This document shows, piece by piece, positions 12,801-21,855 of a stretch of DNA of 64,000 bases (positions are counted from its first letter, which is position 1; each line of letters begins with the position of its first letter). The position numbers were made by a program, and so were the translations under genes. The DNA lies in the NCBI RefSeq assembly GCF_008831285.2, contig NC_045138.2:11718001-11782000 (forward strand), written 5' to 3'. The notes beneath the pieces were generated by a model. That model worked only from the letters and a program-made list of their open reading frames with translations, was not told the origin of the DNA and ran no database searches. This DNA is from Nymphaea colorata. Its lineage: Eukaryota.

Positions 12801-15800
12801 TCATTTGGTTGGGTCAAAGTGGGTTTACACCATTAAGTACAAACTAGATGGGAACATTGAGAGGTAGAAAGCACGTCTGGTGGCCAAGGGATTCAGTCAG
12901 AAATATGAGTTCGACTACTTAGAGACGTTTGCCCCAGTTGCGAAGATGAAGGCTGTTAGAGTTATTATTTCTTTGGCGGTGCTGAAGGGTTGGGAGATGT
13001 GCCAACTCGATGTTAAAAATGTCTTTCTCAACGGAGATCTCGAAGAAGAAGTATATATGTGTATGCCCCCGGGTTTTGAGAGACCTGGAAAATGCTGTAA
13101 ACTGAAGAAGGCTTTGTATGGGTCAAACAGTCTCCCCGGGCATGGTTTGGACGTCTCAGACTTGTTATGAAGAAACATGGCTACAAACAAGGAAATGGAG
13201 ATCATACCCTGTTTGTAAAGAGGATAGAGGGTAAAGTTACTCCACTGTTGGTTTATGTTGATGATATGATTGTTACAGATGATGATGAAGAAGAGATAGC
13301 AAGAGGGTTTACTATCGGCTGAATTTGATCTCAAGGACCTTGGCAAGCTGAAGTATTTCCTTGGTATTGAAATTGCCAGATCAGGTACAACTCTTGTGCT
13401 TAATCAAAGGAAGTATACCTTGAATTTACTGAAGGAGACAGGAAAACTGGGATGCAGACCAGCTTCTACTCCTCTGGATGCTAGGCACAAACTCGGTAGC
13501 AAGGATGGAGAACTTTTGTGTGAAGAAGCTAAAGGGAGATATCAACGTCTAGTTGGTAGATTGATATACCTCACTCTGACTAGACCGGATATCACCTTTG
13601 CTGTAAATGTGATGAGCCAGTTTATGCATGCACCTACAGATGTGCACTTAAAGACTGTAGATAGAATCCTGTGTTACTTGAAGAAGAATCCTGACAAGGG
13701 ACTTCTATATGTGAAACAAAGGTCTATAGAAATTGAAGGGTATTTTGATGCAGACTGGGCAGGCTGTATTGACACCAGAAGATCTACTTCAAGGTACTGC
13801 GTTTAATTGGGAGAAAATCTAGTTGTTTGGAGAAGCAATAGACAAGATGTCTGTTCCCGCTCAAGTGCAGAGGCTGAATATAGGGCAGTTGCTATTGGAG
13901 TATCAGAGTTGTTGTGGCTAAAGATCTTGCTGACTGATATTGGGATAGAGATTGAAGGGCCTATGAGGATGTATTGTGATAACAAGTCTGCGATTAACTT
14001 GGTTAACAATCCAGTGCTTCATGATCGAACAAAGCATGTTGAGATTGACTGTCACTTCATCAGAGAAAGAATTGATGTCAGGGAGTCAACATTACCATAC
14101 ATGAAGTCTGAAGACCAAACTGCTGATATTGTAACTAAAGCTTTACATGTAACTCCATTTGAGAGAAATGTATCCAAGTTGGGCATGTTTGATATGTATG
14201 CCCAACTTGAGGGGGAGTGTTGACGGATCTTGGTGTATGGGTCTGGGTCTGGACCCGATCCATTGTGTCCTGGTTTGGGCATACTTATACCATTGTAAAC
14301 CCTAATCTTGCAAGTTAATGAAGTTTCTAAGAGAGAGAGAGTCTGGCAGCTAGTGGGCACCAGACCTCCTCACCCGTGGTTTTTTTCCTCTAGTTGAGGG
14401 TTTTCCACGTTACATCTTCGGTTCTTGTGCATCTATTATTTCTACAGATACAAACTCTTACGCTGAATTCACACCTTCTTTTGTCTATGTCAAGGACCTC
14501 CAAACAAAGAAAATGTTCGCTAAAGGGGAGCGTCAAGGGAATATTTATGTCCTCAAGGAATGTCTACCCAAAGATTCGTCCACTTTTGGTATAGGATTGA
14601 AGACATTTTCTCTTTCTCATAATGCGTCACCAGTTCCAAGTCCTTGCCATTTCTAATCAAAAGTAAGAGGCTCTAACCAATTTTTGGAATCTGATCTGTG
14701 GCATAATTGGTTGGGAGACTGTGGTCGACATTTTATTGAAAAACTTGTCACAGATGGTCTCATTCCAAGATCAAGCTTACCTCTTACTTCAAATGTAAAA
14801 AAATGTTCAAGTTGTGAACTTTGTAAGAGTCTTGTTTTACCCTTCCATAATATAAATCAAAGGGCTTCCAAACCCTTTGAAATTATTTTTTCTGATGTTT
14901 GGGGGCCAGCCCTTATTGATTTCATGTCTCGTTCACGATAGTATGTCTCATTCATTGACTCTTACTCACGATTCACTTGGATTTACTTCATGAAACACAA
15001 ATCAGAAATACTCCACACATTTCGAAACTTCTATGCCATGATTCAAACCAAATTTTCACACAATGTGATGGTGAGGGAGAATATCCCTCACTTGATTTTA
15101 TTGAATTTCTACGTGAAAAAGGGATAACTAGACAAATCTCCTACCCTTACACACTACGACAAAATGGTGTAGTTGAGTGCAAACACCGACATATAGTTGA
15201 AAGCGCCACGAGCATGATGCATGATACTAATGTGCCTATTTCCTTATGGATTGAAGCCTTCCATACAGCTGTATACATAATAAATTGTTTGCCTATGACA
15301 CTCTTGATGTCTAAATCGCCATATTTCACACTCTTAGGCAAACAACCTTATTATAAGAAATTGAAGGTTTTTGGCGGTGTATGCTATGTTCATGTTGATG
15401 CTGCCTTGAGGAACAAGTTTCAAGACAAAGCTATTCAGGTGTAGATTCGTTGGATTTGGATAGCTGATGAAAATAAAGGTTTTCGATGCTATGATCCAAC
15501 AACTAAACGTATCAAGACTTCAAGAAATGTTACTTTTGATGAGCATAATTTTTATGATACTAATAAAATGCCTATGACCATTGAATCTTATGATCCTTGG
15601 ACCAGTACACAGTTATTCAATGCAGATCCTATTTGAGAAAATGATGTGCCTCAGAGTGAAGATCGAGAGAGATCAATACAGTCGTCTAATGTGCCCCAAA
15701 GTGAAAATCAAGAGGGTCCAATACAGTCATCAAGTGATCACGAAAGTAATAATGAAGAACAGAGCAACAATTCACATCGGTATTCAGGTCTTATCTACAA

Positions 15801-18800
15801 TCGACGACTAAGGGACAAAAATGGTCACAGTGAAGAAGACAACATGCCCCACCTTAGAAGATCCCAACGCATTCGCCATCCTATTCAGAGGTGGGTTAGC
15901 TATGATTCTTTATCACTTGATTTTCAATTATTCATGGCAAAAGTTGGCATGGAGGAAAAACCTACTTCATTTGATCAAGCATCAAAATCACATCATTGGA
16001 GAAAGGCTATGAGAGAAGAAATGGATGCCTTGCGTGAATGTGGAACATGGGAGATCATTCCAAGGCCACATGGAAAGAACATAGTGGGCTCCAAGTGGGT
16101 ATACAAAATCAAATACAAACCTGACGGCAGCATAGAAAGACACAAAGCAAGGTTGGTAGCAAAAGGATTTACTCAACAATTAGGGCATGATTATGACGAG
16201 ACATTCAGTCCCGTAATCAAAATGGGAACATTCGCGTGATTATATCTCTTGTTGTTAAATATGGGTGGAAGCTAAATCAATTAGACGTTAAAAATGCATT
16301 CATTCATGGTGACTTGAAGGAAGAAGTTTTCATGGAGCAACCTCTTGGTTTTGTTAAAAAAGACTCTAGCGAATGGGTTTACAAACTGAAAAAATTCCTG
16401 TATGGACTTAAGCAAGCGTCATGGTTTGATAGTTTTTCAAACAAAATAAAGGAATACGGATTTCGAACATTTGGAAGTTGTACTTCATGAACCATTAAAG
16501 TTAAGCTGATGACGGGGAAACATATGAAGACCCCACCAAATATCGCAGCATCGTTGGTGCTTTGCAATATTTAACATTTACCAGACCTGATATTACCTAT
16601 GCGGTAAATCAAGTGTCTCAATTTATGCATGCACCGAGGGACACACATATGAATGCAGTTAAAAGGATACTAAGGTATCTCAAGGGAACTGTTGGAGATG
16701 GATTAGTGTATTGTAAAAGTGTAAAAGTGAAAATGAAGTTGTTGGTCATGAATTAATCACATATACTGACGCTGATTGGGCTGCAGATCCAGACGAAAGA
16801 AGATCTATCTCTGGTTTTTGCATCTTTATATAGGGGTGCAAAGCGAGTTCGAGCTGCTTCATTAGTTAAACGAGTCGAGCTCGAGTTCACGAGTCAACTC
16901 GTTTAACTAATCGAGTTGAGTTCGAGTTCACTCAACTGGACTCGTTAAAGCTCGACTCGGCTCGATTAAAATACCGGTTTTGAAAAGACCGGTTCAGAAG
17001 CTACTCACTTCTTCTCAGGCGAGAAAAAAGTTTAGGGTTTCCTTTTTTTCGTTCTCCCTCTCTCGGTCTCTCCGACTTCTCCTTCTCTTCTCTGCCTGTG
17101 CTCTGCGCTCCTGTCGCCCTACGTGTGCTCTCTGCCTCTCCGCTTCTCCAGTGACATCCAACTCAAAGGCCGCGCATCCTACTCCGGCGGTGTCCCATTT
17201 CTCTGGCGTCAACCTGCTTCTGCGACGTCCTTCTCCTCCTTCGACCAGCTTCTCCGTTGTGGTTGTTCCAGGTTTGGCTCTGTCGTCCATCTCTCCCTCT
17301 CTCTCTCTGTCTCCGTCTCTCTCTCTTTCTTGGTTGCTCTATCTATGTCTAAACCCACGTTTGATGGGGGATTTTGGTTTCTCTAGTGTCCTGTAGCTGT
17401 TCCGGAGACATGTCGCCGTTCTGGTGACCTGCTGCTTTGATCAACGTTGAGCGTCTTTCAGGTACCTTCCTTCATGCCCCTACCTCTCTCTCTCTTTCTC
17501 ACATACGCAAGTGCATATTACGCTGGTTTTTCTTTTACTATGCTCTTACTGTCTTTTTTTCTTCTTCTGTTTGTGCTTCTCTCTGTTTCTTTACATTTGT
17601 TTCCTATTTAATTTCCCTAACAGATGCCCTTTTCCCTCTATTATGTTCATTTCCCCCTTTTTATTTATTTCTGTAATATGCGCTAGTATCTGGTACTCTC
17701 TCTCTCACAGAGTCACAGTGGCTTGCCTTAGCCATTTTATCTTTCGTCTTTGTTAGAAGCAGCAGTACAAAAAATATTCCTGTCGTTTCAATTCTTTTTT
17801 GTCTTGTGTCTCTTGCTGGTAAAGATGTGAACTATGCATTCTACTTGTTCAATTGCCTTGGTTTTGTATCTTGTCAACCTAAGATAATGCTATTAAACAT
17901 AATATTATGATTCTCTTGATTGGATTTTTTGGTGCTTGATACCAGATTAATTTTGGTAGTGCACATACCATCAAAAAGATGTACAGGTTTCGGTAACTAA
18001 AAAAACTGATTATATAGCACCTGAGCGAGGATCCCATTTAACTACCTTCTCACTTTTCTTTCTCCATTTGCTTGCCCACATTTTTTCTCAATCATGTCAT
18101 GCATGGTTGGCCATAAGGTTCACTATGGATCATGTTTATCTTGCTTCTTGTTGCCATGATCTTCCTTCATCTTTCTGTATATGAAATTGACCATATGATA
18201 TTGTATGACAAAATGTTGTTCTTCAACAATGAAGCTCTGGCATTAGAATTTGGAACCCTGCCAAGAACCAAGTCAGTGCTAATTAGTACTCACTAATCGG
18301 AGTTTCATGTTCTTCACTCAGGAAGATTTTAGACTCTTGCTAGAAAGATTACAATAACTGGTTGCTTAAATTATAATCACGACAAGTTTTGAGAAGTTCA
18401 TGTTTTTGTTATTTTTCTGCAACTGCCATCAGAAGACATGGTTCTCATGCTGTTATCAAAATGAAGGTAGTATTAATCCCATGTCTATTTTTCACAATCA
18501 TTGTAAAAGTTCTCACTTTCATTGGTTTTGTATGTATTTCTTTTGATTTCTTTTTTCTATGTTAGAAGAATTTTATTTTTGTTCCATGACATAGAATTTA
18601 ATATTCATTTATTGTTTTCTGTTGCTCCGTAGCTCATCTCTTTGTTTTCTAACCCATTCAGATTTTGCTGAGAAAATATATTGTCAAGAAGCTTGCACCA
18701 ATGAGCACTACACCTTAAAAGGGTCAAACTTAACATGTTGGAGTTCCTTATGCTTCTATTGTCATGATCTTATGTCATACTTGGAAATATGCTGTTATCC

Positions 18801-21032
18801 ATGAAAATCATATATGTATGGGCATTTGTTGTCTTTTCAAATTTAAACCCTGGTGAGATGAACTTACTTTCTCAAATCTGATGCCCATATTCAGGTGGGA
18901 CTGGGTTGTCTTTTGCTATTTGGGTAGGCTTTTTTTCTTAGCTGTTTGTTGGCTAATATATCTGATATGTTGCAGCTGCCTTCTCGTATTGCTCTAACTG
19001 GTGACATTGTATCAATTGGCGATGATAAGGTATTCCTCCAGTCTTGTTCTAGGATTATCCGCTACTCAAAAATTGTTCAATCTATACCTGTGTCTGATGC
19101 TGACAATAGGTCCAGCTTATGAGGGATTCTCTTCAGGAGGCTATACGTTTGGAGCAGAAAGTCCTTAACCAATGCAACTATGCGGTGTTTGGCATTTTCA
19201 GTTCTTCTAGAATTAAATGTAAAACAAGAAGTAGCAATCTTCAGGAAATTTTAGATGGAAGTGATAATTACACAATCTGCATATTCAATTTGAGGTATGG
19301 TTGTGACCAATGTACTTGTAGGTGGTGCGTATAAGCATAGTTTTGAGCTTAAGCACAGTTTTGAGCTCCATTGAATTTTCAATGGTTGATTATTTTTATT
19401 TGACCAACCACACATGGTATGAAAATAATTAAGTTAACTTTTTTCCATAGTTTTAGTATGGGAGATTCTGCAATACGCTTACTGTATGTTGTACTTGAAA
19501 TTTTCAGTATTTCAGGCTTGCCTTTTGATTGTGTTGTCAGTTGAAGCTTGAGGAGTGTCTGCTTCTTAACCCTCTTGAAGTGAAAATTATAGAATCAATA
19601 GCAAACTACGTATTCGAGCCTTAATCGAGCTCGAGCTCGAGCTCAACAAGTATGGATGACTGTAAACGAGTTTATCGAGCTTAATCAAGTCGAGCTCGAG
19701 CTCGACAACCACTATCAAGTCGAGTTCGAGCCAGCATAGTCAAGCTATATTCGAGCTCGAGCTCGAGCCGAGTCGAGCTCGTGGTCTTAGTTAGTCGAGC
19801 CGAGTTCGAGCTGACCGAGCTCGGGCTCGACTCAGCTCGTGTTCAGCCCTATTTTTATAGGCAAAAATTTGGTATCTTGGAGTAGTAGAAAACAAAGAGC
19901 AGTTGCAAGATCATGTATAGAAGCTGAATACAGATGTATGGCTGCAGGGACGGAAGAAGTGACTTGGATTCGACACTTGCTAGAAGATATAGAAGAAAAA
20001 AATTAAAAGGTCAGTACTAATGTGTGACAACCAAAGCGCCATCAACATTGTTTTCAATCATATACAACATGGCCGAACAAAACACATTGAGATTGACCAG
20101 CATTTTATCAGGCAGAAGGTGGAGAATAAAGAGATAGAACCAGTCTTCGTTGGAACCAATGAACAAGCTGCTGACATATTTACTAAAGGATTGACAAAGT
20201 ATCGGTTTTGGTTTTTGAAGAGCAAGCTGTTCATGATTCAAAACCATGCACAGCTTGAGAGAAGGTGTTAAACAACAAGATTTTCGGATCCTCCATTTTG
20301 ATCCAAAATCCAGCACGTTGAACGATGTCTCACGTTATTCAATGCCCTTGTAACATGTGAAGTCTCTTAGGATTCTACATTCTTGTAAACTATGTTGAGG
20401 TATTCAATGTCCTTGTAATATGTGAAGTCTCTTAGGATTCTACGTTCTTGTAAATTGTGTTGAGGTATTCAATGTCCTTGTAATATGTGAAGTTTCCTAG
20501 GATTCTACGATGAAGAGTCTCTTACGATTTTGCAATTGTAACTGTTCTCTCTTATAAATATGGGCCATGTAGACCATCCTGGTAACGGCTTCTTCTTCTC
20601 AGCTGCTTCTTGTTGCATTCTTTCTCACTACCTTCCTGCATGAATACAGATTTCTAGCTGCAGATATTGGTGCCAGATTTCTATCAAAAGTCACCTATGT
20701 ACCTGATATATATATACATACATACATATATATATATATATACATACATATATATATATATCATAAATATTAAACTCAAACATATATGCTGACAGGAATA
20801 AAATATGCCTAGACATAACAAATGGAATGACATATATACATATATATAGAGACCTATATATAGTCTAACACTGGCATGTTGATGTTGCTCTCTCATACTA
20901 AAATCACATGCAATTAGGTGCATTCTGCATCTAAACACAATTTCCAAGGAGAAAAAAGAAGTAAAGAACTATAATTTACCACCGTGAGTAATTGTCGGGT
21001 GTAATCTAGTAATTTCCAGGTGTAATCCCCAT

Positions 21033-21093
<61 letters not shown>

Positions 21094-21824
21094 TATAGTC
21101 ACAAACATCATTTTCGAATTTTAAATGACGACGTTTTTTTCAAGTATAATATGGTGAGCTTGAAAAAGCGGGAAAACAAGTTTTTTTTTAATTTAAAAAA
21201 AAATAAAAATTAGAGAAAAATAAAATAAATGATAAACTAATAAGACAACATAAAAAACTAAGTAGATAAGCAACAATGAAAAAAAGGAAAAAACGTGTTT
21301 TTCGCGTTTTTTTGTTTTGACATTATTTCAAAAAAAGCATCTTACTGTTTTTTAGATTTGGCTTATTTTTCGCGTTTTTAACACATTGATTAAAAAAAAT
21401 GTGTTTTTTATGACTGTGATATATATATATATATATATATATAACGAAAACAAGTGCACAAAAAATAATGTAAATAATATGATGTTTTGAGACACAGCAC
21501 CAAAACAAAAAAAAAAAAAAAAAAAAAAACACACCTTTGAGCTTTTTAAGAGAAAAGGTTAACTGTTTTCAATTTTTATCAATGTTATTGTAAGAAAAAT
21601 AGTACAAAACTCAATTTTTCATATTTGTTTTTACTATTTTCTGTATTTTCACTTTTTCGATTCCCAAAGTTTACATAGGAAAAAAACCTTCAAATTAAAA
21701 CTCCAAACTTCCAAAGAAATGTCATAAAAACTCAAGGATGATATCAATAATAATGACATATACATTGTGTTTGTGTTTGTTTTTGTGTGTGTGTGTGTGA
21801 CTGCCTCTGTGTGCATGTGTGTGT

Positions 21825-21855
<31 letters not shown>

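Larger units (their letters stand above)
7469..20686 (+). mobile_element. Ty1/Copia LTR retrotransposon 'A' (decayed, hosts two nested insertions), antisense in TOP6B intron 3
   Basis: LTRs 7469-7888 and 20266-20686 (TG...CA); TSD AAAGT (7464-7468, 20687-20691); PBS TGGTATCAGAGC (tRNA-iMet) at 7889; purine tract GAGAGAAGG before the 3' LTR. Gag (ENYLTWKRQ; zinc knuckle [14 protein letters not shown]), protease ([10 protein letters not shown]), integrase (SDVWGP, QNGVVE), RT ([15 protein letters not shown]) and RNase H ([14 protein letters not shown]) in Copia order, with stops and frameshifts. Confidence 0.96.

Noticed and set aside
16980..17756. Overlapping S/L/F-rich ORFs
   Set aside because: Chance ORFs in CT-rich UTR/intron-like cargo of the hAT element
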